Source of the DNA: Balanoglossus misakiensis
Taxonomy: Eukaryota > Animalia > Hemichordata
Reading direction: 5' to 3'
Assembly (NCBI GenBank): GCA_040954595.2
Contig: CM082587.2
Location: 9,987,403-10,051,402 of the forward strand
DNA: 64,000 nucleotides
Part shown: piece by piece, positions 27,640-38,970 of the stretch
How positions within the stretch are numbered: the stretch's first letter is position 1
How the letters are laid out: the number at the start of each line of letters is the position of its first letter
The notes under the pieces: generated by a model
The model's input: the letters and a program-made list of their open reading frames with translations, nothing else
The model's database searches: none
Told to the model about the DNA's origin: nothing
Program-made: the position numbers and the translations under genes

Positions 27640-28751
27640 GGATTCTAGGCACCCTAGAAATCAAACCAGTTTCAACTGACTTGGCAGCGTTAGGGTTAAT
27701 GTCATTGTTTGTATTAACTGGCCACTGATAAGGGTAACAGTATAATTTATGTTTATTTCCCCAAGTGAGTTTCCCCAACACACCTTATCCATTCACTTCA
27801 TTGTACAAATCAGGAAATTTCTCCACTGTCATTGGTCTCAGCCACTGATGATATCACCGTCTTAAGTTATGTTTTCTGGAGTGCATATATGCATATGGTG
27901 TTTACAACCAGGCAACAATTTCCAGATGTTAGAAAATTAGAAAACTGATCAACAATGCTTGTATGTATCAGCGCCAAATTGAGGTCCCTTTATATATAAC
28001 TACACATTGGCCTTATAATAATACTGAATGAATAATATGGAAGTGACTTCTGGCAATAAATGTATGTTGTGCTTGATTTCAGAGAGACATATGGTTCTGA
28101 GTTTGCCATAGAGTTGTACAAACTGCTGCATAGTAGAGCTGCCAAACTGGATAACTGCATTCAACATAACACAGTACTGCAAGAACTTATCCGCAAGTAT
28201 GAGGCTGTGAGTTGACATCTATGGCTTATTTTTAGATTTCAATGCAATTCTTTACTATCAATCACGTGATCTGGCCATGTGAACAACGGCGTTGTCATTT
28301 CAAGGTGATGGGCAAGCAATATTTCAGCATCCAGTAAAAGTTTTTCCGATTATGTTTTTGCTTTAGAACCGCCAAAGACGTAACATGTATCAGGTATGAT
28401 TCCTTATCAGCCTCATGCGTTTCGTCTAGCGTACACAGTCTTTATCTGCACCACTTTGCTAAAGTTGCCTGTCATCTGGAAATTTGAATGCCAACGTAAC
28501 TGCGCCTGAGCGCGTCTGACGTCATTTGATGTCGAAGAATATGATTCTTTGATTTAACCACAGTCCATGACTTTGCATCATTTATTTGTCAACAAAATGA
28601 GCTGTCTTATTTATTTAATTAATTATTTATTGAATTAATTTACCACCCCATCAAAATGTTGGTAAAATGATGTAACAGTTTCAGAGCCAATCTGATTAAA
28701 ATCAGGTGTAGGGAATGGCGACGTCTTTTACTTATATGGTACGTCTTTTTA

Positions 28752-29480
28752 AGCTGTCGCCTCACACTACATCTGACCAACTCCCACTGAAGCTCCCGTT
28801 GAAATCTCAAGCTTTACTGGGCCAGTAAACCAATCAGATGGCGCCTTATAGCGAACGATAGGTATGCCAATTATCACATGATCTGGCCCCTTGCGGCTGT
28901 TACCATGGAGCTACCACAAACGTATATCCTAGGCGGGAGAGTTGAATCAGCGTGGGGAATGCGTGAAATTGACTGAGATTGTAACCGGGTTGGTTAAATT
29001 AAAGTGTTCTGAGATAGGTGTGGGTTTGTTATTTTTGATGGTGTAGATGTGTTCATATAGGCATCGTTTGAATTCTCTTTTTGTTTCGCCTATGTATTGT
29101 TTTAGGCATTTCTGGCAGGTGATAATGTAGATAAGGTTGCGAGTAGTGCATTTGATGTTATCAATGACTTTGTGGGTCTTGCCAGTGTGTGTACTTGTGA
29201 TGGTGTCGGTTTTAATTTGTGATATACACTCGTATACGAATTACGATGACGTCAAAAAAAGAATGATATCATGGGATTATATGTAATTGTTCACAGGAGA
29301 ATCTGTCGTGTTCAGTGCGATACTCGAAATCAACAACACAATTTTCCCAGTGCAATTCGTTGGTTTGTGTTTCCTCCAGTGCGGTCAACATAACATGCAA
29401 TCTGATTGGCTGGGTCAGAATGCGCGATTTCAACGGGAGCTTCAGTGAGAGTAGGTCAGATGTAGTGTAAGGCGACAGTT
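28752..29480. mobile_element. MITE with about 55-bp TIRs
   Basis: CTGTCGCCTCACACTACATCTGACC...CCCGTTGAAATC and its inverse; TA flanks. Confidence 0.75.
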
Positions 29481-29796
29481 TACGACTTTGATTTTTGAGG
29501 CAGTTACCTCCTTTAATGAAATGGATTTTCTTCTTTACACATGGGATTTTTCATTCAATCATATGATATATTTAGTGTGATTTACAAAGTGTGTCTTTGC
29601 TGTGGTTTGTGTGTACTGACATTGTACAGTAGAGTTTCATAGATTCAGTAGTAGGCAAATAATGTTTTGTACAGTATAGCTTTATAGATCAGAGTGTTTG
29701 TCATGCTGTGGCAATTTTCTACCAGAATGACTGGACCATGTCTTTGTTTGGTTTCCCTTGTTAATTTAGCATGTATTTAGTGTACATGAGTTATAC

Positions 29797-30000
29797 TGTA
29801 AAACACGAGTTAAAATTTTCGCGATATCGAGAGAGGCCACTGTTTCGCGAGTATTAATTTTTGCGTTCTCTTATTTCATTCACTGCATTATTATCTTCGA
29901 AAAAAATTAACGCGCCTTTTTATTTTCACGCTATTTTGGCTCTAGCGTACATTTGTATTTTGCGAAAATTAATTGCTCGCGAAAATAAAGTGATTTACAG
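29797..30000. mobile_element. Tc1/mariner-type MITE
   Basis: TA-CTGTAAA ... TTTACAG-TA with TTTTCGCG motifs; related fragment at about 6210. Confidence 0.6.
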
Positions 30001-30859
30001 TAAATTGATGCATCCGTTATGAGGGAAACTTTGTATTATTTTGTACTTGTAGGATGAATTTATGGAGCGAAAGCAATGATGGCCTGAACTCTAGGTTGGT
30101 CCATAATGAATGCAAAGTGGTGGATGGTGAGAACTACATCTATCATCTGGGTGGTTGTGATGTGTATGGTCACCAGACGGCGTTCTCGGTTATTGATGTG
30201 GCAAACTTCCAGAAAGTTGTCACTGTTGCAAAGCAGTATGTGACCACGGATTTCCCCCAGAGGAAAGGTCAATTCAAGGTAACAAGAAATGGCATGGTAC
30301 TATCTGGGCATTGCACAAAGTTTAAAAGCAAATTGTATTTTAGGTAGTGTGTTCCTGTCATTACAACAGGTGAAACACAGAATTTCAATGGACCACAGTA
30401 TAAACAAAAGCATCTGTGTAAATAAATTGAGAAAAACTGTAAAACGGGAAATTTTTGCGAACGATAAATTTTCATGAACTATGCAAGAGCCAAAAAATGT
30501 TTTTGGGTGATAACGATGCAGTTAAATATGAGAACGTGAAAATAAATTATCTTGTAACAGTTGCCTCTATTGAAAATTTCCTTCATGAGTTTGAGATGCT
30601 TTTGTACAAATTACAATTCCTTTTATCAGATTCAATGGATTGACTTCGCTCAAATTTCCTATGGTGCTACAAAGCATAATGTCTGCTTTGAACTACATGT
30701 ACTACCCTGTAGCTATGTAGCTAGTATCTCGCTGCTTGTTGGTTATGCTTAGGGTTTTGTATACATGTACATGTGCCACTGTCTGTTCGTATTCCTAGTC
30801 ATGATATATACATAAGAAGGTAAATTATTTTGTGTCCTACTGGTACTACCAGTTAAAGA

Positions 30860-31140
30860 GTTCATTCATTCATTCATTCATTCATTCATTCATTCATTCA
30901 TTCATTCATTCATTCATTCATTCATTCCATCATTCAGTCAGTCAGTCCAATCAATTCCAGTCCAATCAAGTCCAGTCTGTCGGTCATTCATTCAGTCAGA
31001 CATCCATCTATCTATCCATCGTTCCATCGATCGATCAATCCATCCATCCATCCATCATTCATTCCTTCAGTCAGTCCCACCAAGGCCAGTCAGTCGGTCG
31101 TTCAGTCAAGTCCATCCATCCATCCATCCATCCAACCAAT
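30860..31140. repeat. (TTCA)n/(CCAT)n microsatellite tract
   Basis: Direct inspection. Confidence 0.9.
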
Positions 31141-31993
31141 CAATGTTATTATTATTCCTTACAGATTGCAATGGCATTTGCTGTCAGTGGTTGGTCCCAA
31201 TGTATGGTGCCATGATGCCATATCTGAATGATTTGGAATTGCATGAGCATTGTTACTTTAAAGGACCTCAGGGTTGCCATGATGAAGCAGTGCTTATCTA
31301 TCTTGACATAAGTAAGTTATTGAAATTAATAATAATCGTAATAATATAGGAGATTTATTATGCATTAATCCTTTGAGTCGCATTGTGTCCTCACACACAA
31401 AGTTTATGTATAGGCACTGAGGCTCAGTCCCATAGACAATGGGTTGCGGAGAGGTGTTAATCCTTACACCGGCTCAGGTCTGACCGGCAAAGCCGTCTCA
31501 AATCTAAGCCGTTTCAGAACCACTATACACCATCCACACATGTTTTTTAAGACGGTATCTTATCTGAAAAGCTTCAGAACCATCTCAAATTTATCCTGTG
31601 TGAACCTGGTATGTATTACCTTTAATACTCGCAATAGCTGAATTAAATTTGAGAAATTTTGCTGCAGCTAATAATAAAACGTACCCTTCACTCTTGTTAT
31701 TAGAGCAGTTGAATTAAAGGAATAATAGGCCACGTAATTTGCAAAGCTTATGTTCCTAACCCCTATTTCCCTCTTTAGAGGTCCAACTTAACCATAGAAA
31801 ACAGTGGCTTTGGACTGAACCATTATAGGTTAATTAGTGTTTCCGTTAGCATAAAAACTTGTGTCCTACATGTATATCTCCGTCTGTGAACTCGAGATTA
31901 AAATCGTTCCCTTGTTTCAAAGTGGGTCTCAACGCACGAAAGGTCATTCATCGTGTTCTGCGGCGTCACCCTGTTAATAATTATAAATATTAA

Positions 31994-32180
31994 AGGTATA
32001 CCGGTACGGTCACCTACATGTATGCAAATATAGCTACAGTTACCATGGCAAATGGAGATCTAACCAATCAAAGACTGTGTAGCACACGCAAACAAAAGAG
32101 ATCATATATTCTCTAGAGCACTCAATTATGCTATTTCAGCCATATATGGGCATATGTAAACTAGGGGTGTCCGTATACCT
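31994..32180. mobile_element. Short TTAA-flanked MITE (Kolobok-like)
   Basis: TTAA-AGGTATAC ... GTATACCT-TTAA. Confidence 0.6.
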
Positions 32181-32368
32181 TTAATGAATGTACGTGCAAA
32201 AGTTAGACTTCTTAAGGATATAGGCAGAAGAAATGTAAGAATGCTAAAAATCTGCAAATTACATGACAACAGTTGAATCATGCCAACGAGGGGTAGAAAA
32301 GGCTTCTTAATCGGTATTCCTGTGTATTTGACAGAAAAATCGACCCTGGTCAACTTCCTATTTTAAAG

Positions 32369-33614
32369 TGGTGCCATCTCTCTGAAGTGACGACCAGCCA
32401 ATTGCCACGCCCTGAAAGCCAGTACCATGGAAACACCAACGAAAGAGTGTGTCACCATGACGATGGCATGTATTCTGTGGTGCCGGAAACTAACATGGGA
32501 ATCACTGATGTTAAAAGCATTGCTGTCGACTCGGAAATGAGACAACACGAAAATGAAGCGAGACACTGTGACAGTTTGGATGTCGATACCAGAAATTGCC
32601 AACCGAGCTCGACAGCAATAACCGGCCAGAATTTTGAGAATATGAGAGACATTGTGGATAATTTTGACACCATCGATGAACAGTCAGGAAATTCAAATCG
32701 AGAGAACTTGAAACTGTATCCAAATGTCGGAATTGACAATGCAGTGTTGGATCGACACGGTGGCGAAGGAAGTTCACGCGCTCGTGGAGACGTCAGTTTT
32801 GTGGAGAGTGTCTCTTTCCCAGCTCAGTGTCTGGAGAATGTCACCCAATCGGAAATCTCGCAAAGTGTGGATGAGAAGGAGAGCAAAGATGAGATTGTCA
32901 TCAAAGAGGAAAGCCCTGGGGATGAGATCGTGTATATGTGTAACCCGAGGGGCCATCAGTGTCATGTGTTGGTGAAACCACCGAGGCAGACCGCGTGAAT
33001 GTGGAAATAGAAGCAGAGTCTGACAGCTCGCAAATCTTCATCCCCCCTTCTGAGACCTCCCAGGCACTGACACGGCCTAAACAAAACATCCAACCATTCA
33101 GACCCACAGCCAACACTGCAAAAGTTCCAAAAGCCTGGAAGTCAAAACTCGGACTGTTATCCGTTGCTGGCTACAACAAGAAAAGATCCTTGAAAGGAAG
33201 ATACTTTGTGTGTCATCTATGCTCAGCAGGGTTTGACAACAGAAGTCGGCTTCTAGCCCACATGAAAAGTCACACCAAGGGTGCGCAGAAGAAGGCCGTG
33301 GAATGCAAGGACTGTCGGGAGAAATTCAACAACAAGGAAAGCCTGGTTGCCCACCGGAGAGACCCCTTTCCAGTGCGACGTATGCGGAAAAGCGTTCAAA
33401 TTCCGCAACCGGTTGATCTCGCACACCAGGACGCACACCAGAGAAAAAACCTTTTCAATGTCTTATGTGCAATAAACGTTTCAGCGACCGGTCCAACCTC
33501 AACGCCCACCGCAGAGTTCACACCGGAGAAAGACCTTTCGACTGCTCCGTGTGCGGGGCCAGTTTTGGACACCGATCCAACCTCCGGAAGCACTACCTGA
33601 GATACCACAGTTGA
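32369..33614 (+). pseudogene. C2H2 zinc-finger gene terminal exon, frameshifted (about 5 fingers)
   Basis: [60 protein letters not shown]; frameshifts near 32960, 33357 and 33445; possible upstream exons 30053-30343 and 31165-31311 have phases that do not reconcile. Confidence 0.8.
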
Positions 33615-33907
33615 GATGCACCTCCGGTCTGATAGATAAAAAGGAATCCATGTTTAAATCTAACATTTCAGATGCACAGTAAGATGGGCAATTATACCAG
33701 ATGGATTCTGCCACCCGACAATTACGTATATATATCGTATGACTAACGAGGCGACATCCATAATCGTCCGAGGTTGATATTATGGATGACGCCGAGGTAG
33801 TCATACGATATTTAACATACACAACGAGTGAAAGGTGCAGGCCCCTCTACAAGTAAACACCCCTCAACCGACAATACAGTGTTTAAACATCTTTTGTATG
33901 GACCCTA

Positions 33908-35960
33908 AGCGGTTGATATCAGCCTATCTTTCAAAATGGTATGGTCCTACTTACGGAAAGTATTTAATTATTCAGCGTTTTGCACCTGGGATGCATATAT
34001 TACCTAGTTCAACCAATTATTGTTTAGTAATAAGCTCACATGCAATGTTTCTTCCAATTGTATTGGCTGTGCATGTTTTACATATGCACAATAGCATATC
34101 TTATAATATAAATGCACGGCCACGAGGCACAATTTCTTTCTACCTGAACGTGTCATAGTGGCAGCATGGCGCATGAGGTGTATCCCGATTTTTCTGATAT
34201 CTCTGATGAAGAGTTAATTGAAGCCTCACAAGCAGCAGAATATTTGAACGAGCTTGGCTTCGAAAATATCGATATAGCAGTCAGGAGCATTCCTTCGGTG
34301 AGTCACGAATTCTTTTATTCATTCCGCCATTTTCACCTTTTTATCGTGTACGTTGTCGTTGAACATGCAAGTAAGAATGTATATTGAATCATTTTTTATT
34401 TCGTTAAAGGACATTCCCAGAGGGCGGTTTGCTGACCCAGTGTCGGATTCCTGCGTACAGGGGGTTGCAAAAAATTCCATTCCCAAGAATACTCAACGCC
34501 GTAATATGTGGGCGCTACGGACTTTCAACGAATGGGCCATGGCCCGAAATAATATTCGCGTCGAGTCGTCAACTGATGAGAAAGTGAAGATAACTCGTAG
34601 TATAGAAACGATGTCCACAGACGATTTGCAGTATTGGCTTATCAAGTTTGTACTGGAGGCGAGGAAAGTCGACGGACACCCCTACCCACCAAAAACTTTA
34701 CTCTCATTGATAATGGGCTTGCAAAGTTATGTATGTTTCGAAAGACAAACCCGGACAAACTTTCTTGCCGACCAAGAATTTGTTGGTTTCCGTCAGGTTC
34801 TTGATGCAGAGATGAAGAGACTGTCTAGCATTGGTATCGGAACAAACAAGAAACAGGCTGAGGCAATATCTACTGAGCAAATCGATTTACTGTGGAAAAT
34901 GAAACTACTAGGCGACCATTCCCCCAGGGTTCTTGTCCGCACAATGATATTCTTGAATGGGAAAAATTTTGCCCTCAGAAGTGGACAGGAACACCGTGCG
35001 CTTCGCTTTGACCCACCTCAGATTACTTTGCGTGAACCTGATGGCGACACTCCGTATCTGCTATACGTGGAAGACGTGTCAAAAAGCAACCAAGGTGGAC
35101 TAAAACACATGAAAGTTCGTCGAAAGGAAGTGAAACATTATGCAAATACTGATAATCCAGCGAGATGTCATGTTCGGCTATATAAAAAATACGTTTCGCT
35201 GTGTCCACCAAATGGGAAAAAGAGTACGTTCTACTTGCAACCCTTGCGAAAATACGAAGAATCGTCGAAGGTGTGGTTCAGCAAACAGGCTATGGGCCAC
35301 AACTCCCTGCAACTTGTGGTACCTGAACTATTTAGAGCAGCTGGGATAAATGGTCACTTTACCAATCACAGCCTGAGAGCTACAGCTGCTACGAGCCTTT
35401 TCCAAAACGGAGTTGATGAACAGTTGATTATGGAACGCACAGGACATCGTTCTGTAGAAGGCGAGTACATGTATCTCCTTTTTTCAAAACAGTTTTAAAA
35501 AGTAAATGCACTTTATGATCTCTTAATTTACTGATTTATTGTTTACATTTCAAGGTGTTCGTAATTACAAGCGTTCGAGTCAGGAACATCAGAAGAGGGT
35601 GAGTGACATCTTAAATGGTCCAGCTGCAACCAAAAGCCATCGCGAAACCCCAATTAAAAGTGATAATACCGACGTCAAAGAACATGAAATCTCCAGCAAC
35701 GTCAAGTCCGGTGTGGTTTACAACAACTGTATATTCCATATTCAAAAATAGAAATTGAATGTAATTGAATAAATATTAAGATGTTTAAATGTTACATTTT
35801 GTAGTTTTGTCTGCATTTTTATTTGGAGGTAGGTCGTGATATTGTCTCGAGGCGTAGCCGAGAGTCAATATCACGACCGTACCGCCAAATATTCATTTTC
35901 GAGGCATGATGGCTGAAATATCACCTCAAAATGAGGTTGCTCTCTAAAATATCAACCGCT
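33908..35960 (+). mobile_element. Crypton (CryptonA-like) tyrosine-recombinase DNA transposon
   Basis: DUF3504/YR gene; 12-bp inverted repeat AGCGGTTGATAT / ATATCAACCGCT at the inferred ends; subterminal hairpin 35826-35886; boundaries inferred. Confidence 0.75.
34166..35751 (+). CDS. Crypton tyrosine recombinase (ZMYM/KCTD1-related DUF3504), 3 exons 34166-34297, 34410-35460, 35555-35751, about 459 aa
   Basis: LRSGQEH, SKSNQGGL, NHSLRAT, RTGHRS and catalytic Y in GVRNYKR; in-frame GT-AG and GC-AG introns. Confidence 0.88.
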
Positions 35961-36060
35961 AAATCTATTGTACTATCTGTGACGAGTTGTGTATATTACT
36001 TGGTGGGGTTTTTTGTCAGACATTGACACTGCAAAGATCAATTATTACCAAATCTTTGTA

Positions 36061-36235
36061 CAGTCAAACCTGTGTTAGTGACCACCTCTATATAGTGGCC
36101 ACTATGTTACGGTCCCTGTGCAATTTACAAATTACACATGCATTAATTGACCTCTCTATAAAGACCACCTGTCTATAAAGGCCAGTTTATGAAAGTCCCT
36201 TGACTGGCCACTAAATACACAGTCAGGTTTGACAG
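36061..36235. mobile_element. pogo/Tc1-type MITE
   Basis: TA-CAGTCAAACCTG ... CAGGTTTGACAG-TA, with GACCAC/GGCCAC repeats. Confidence 0.6.
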
Positions 36236-36737
36236 TATCATACATTTCCTTCGTTTTCTGCCAGCATTGCAATATAGACTGACCATATGCCACATGACTT
36301 AATGCAGATATTTTTTTTCAGTGCATTATTTCTATTGTTTTTCTGGTTACAGTAGAAAAATGTAGCATCTCTGCCTCCGTTGTAACTTCATTGCAGAGGT
36401 TTTATGTTCAGATAAGTTAAGATAAACAGTATTGAGAAATAAAGTGTAACTTTTAGTGTAAGGCCATTGTCACATTTTTTTCACTCATTTCAGCAAAGCT
36501 ACAACTTTCTACTGTTTGCTTAACTTCTTCCTCTGACTTCGGATGGCCCAAATATTCTACAATATAGACCGCATCTCATAAAGTTGAAGTGAAATCTGTG
36601 AAATTTCCCATGTGCTGAAATTCTGCTACAAAGTTCCTGCAGTAGAACCTGCTCTGGCAACTTCACATATTGGAATGAATATAACATCATCTGTGTGCAA
36701 TTTCCATCATGACAAATTTAATTCTATGTTTCTACAA

Positions 36738-37669
36738 CTAAAGAATGTCTCTCATATCATAAACAAATTTCAATCCATGTTCCTCGGCTTTCTCAGTAAC
36801 TTCTCGATCAAAAAATTCATTTTGCGCGACAGTGAAGTGTTTTCCAATCACCGACTTGACCTCTGCGCTGGTGACGAGCATCATCTGGAAAGGAATGTGT
36901 GTCCGCGCCAACCATTGAATATTGACGGAAGATTTCCTTCCCTTGACTCATTGCAACAAAACTGCAACTTTCAGCCACTTTTTCAATTTCCTCATCTGAC
37001 TTCGGACGATCCAGAAAATCTGTGATCTGGCACAACACAGATTTCAAATCTCTCTTCATATCTTCAAATGTGACGTGTAGCACATTGTCCTGCTGGGCGT
37101 ATCGTTTCCATGCCAACACATGATCCAACCAAGAGCCGTACAACACTTTTCCCTGAACGAAAGCCTTAACCCAGTCGTTCCAATTCAAATCCATCTCGAT
37201 CCAGGGATTGATTTCATATAGCTATAATACGACACGCATACATCTTTTGGATTTCTGGCCACTGTGGTATAACTTTACACATCTTTTCACCTTTGACCCA
37301 TGACTTTGAGAATAACTGTGGAAGAAGATGGCAGAATAATAACCTTGGTGACGTCATCTTCTGCAAGGATGTCTTCACAGCCTTTGCATGTTCACCATAC
37401 ATACCAGGTATATGATCAGCGTCCTCGTAAAGTAGGTCAAGGCGCACTGTTTTCTTTGTGGCTGGCAGTAAGAAATTTAGGTCACTATACATGCTAGTTA
37501 AGGCCTTCAACATCCAGTATGTTCCTGATTTGATATACGTCACAATGATGATATCGTCGTGTCTTACGTCCCATGTGTCTATCGGATTGGTCTGTACGGT
37601 CTCTATGTTATGGACACAGTTTATGAAGTAACAACCGTTGTAGAAGAAACCTGGCCATTCCTTCGCCAT
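36738..37669 (-). pseudogene. Intronless cytosolic sulfotransferase (SULT) pseudogene
   Basis: TYIKSGTYW (5'-PSB), RNPKD region frameshifted, YGSWLDHV, FEDMKRD, RRGQVGDWK; at least 2 frameshifts. Confidence 0.85.
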
Positions 37670-37849
37670 TGTGTTTATTGTACTGTCCAAAGCGTGAAGT
37701 GAAAAGAACAATTTACAGTGCAGACCCATTGACCCTTGCTTGTCAGATAGGCCTAGGAAATATTGAGGGCGCTATTCACTTGTAACATGTCATAGACTAT
37801 CGTCGCCCTTTAATCCACATTCGTCCCAGAGATTTCCTTTTGTATAAAC

Positions 37850-38210
37850 CACGTGGTACGTATTTGATTTAACCAGTGATTGTTATCCTGACAGAGGAGC
37901 AATAACTGACTACCGAAAGAATGGTTCCGTCAAGCGATTCACTTTCAAAGAGTTGAGACGTCAGGTTGATGGGCTGGCATCTGGTTTGATGGAGCTCGGT
38001 CTGCGAAGAGGTGAAAGGTTGGGACTGCTAGTTGGAAGGCAATACGAATATGTAGTGGGTTACTTGGGAGCTGTCAAAGCTGGACTGATCTGTGTTCGAC
38101 TCGATACATCTCTAAAATCAGAGGACCTCGCAAAACAGATCACTAAAACCAGATGTGATGTATTGGTAGTGGACAACAATTGTCTTCCCAACATCGCTAC
38201 GTTTAGTTCC
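37850..38210 (+). pseudogene. N-terminal fragment of an AMP-binding (ANL / acyl-CoA synthetase-like) enzyme
   Basis: YPDRGAI..RFTFKELRRQVDGLASGLMELGLRRGERLGLL..YLGAVKAGLICV; truncated before the AMP-binding motif. Confidence 0.7.
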
Positions 38211-38659
38211 TGGAGTGGAGGAAGCGTCTGGCCTTTATACTCCCAAGCTTCTTCCAAGTGTCCGTTGTTTAATCTGTGTTAGTCAAGTCAATCTACGAGA
38301 TTTGGGCACCCAACCCACCGCAAATTGCAACAGATTTTTTTTTCTTCACAATGCATTTTGGAGAGGTGTCTAGAACAACATATTAAAATGCACCCAAATC
38401 CACCTTGTGGAAGTATGTCTAATTGCATAAATCTGAAAAAAAACTTTGCACATTTATTACAAATCTGCATTTGCTACATCCGAAAACAAAGCAACACAAA
38501 AATCAACACACACAAAATCAGCGTTAACTACGTCATCGACGATGACTTGATACAGTACACCATCCAGCTGGTGCATAGTACTGATACAATTAATGTTACA
38601 TGTAGTCATATTACAATGATGTAGTATGACCACCCTAGCCGGCACATTACCTATAATTA

Positions 38660-38970
38660 TATTATACCAGTATATTGATGGTGTAAATCACGCCATTTGA
38701 TTGGTCGAGACACGTCATGTGACCGTGATATATTAGCCATATACCACAGTCATATATCATAGTCAAAGAAAATGCCTTTTTAAAATGTTTTATGCAAAGT
38801 TTCAATATACTGGCATAATATAATAGCAATAAAACACCCCCAGCCATGGTATACCACTCGATTTTGACCAGTTGGACTTCATATACGCACTCGCTATCGC
38901 TCGTGCGTATATGTCGTGAACTGGTCAAAATCTCGTGGTATACCATGGCTGGGAATGTTTTATTGCTTAA
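38660..38970 (-). mobile_element. Non-autonomous Crypton-like element
   Basis: Inverted repeat pair (ATACCAGTATATTGA) plus terminal palindrome centred on CACTCGCTATCGCTCGTG; second copy at 55430. Confidence 0.6.

Noticed and set aside
34353-35498. Single-exon 381-aa protein, or a host ZMYM gene
   Set aside because: Both ORF ends run into introns; no MYM zinc fingers; terminal structures favour a Crypton.
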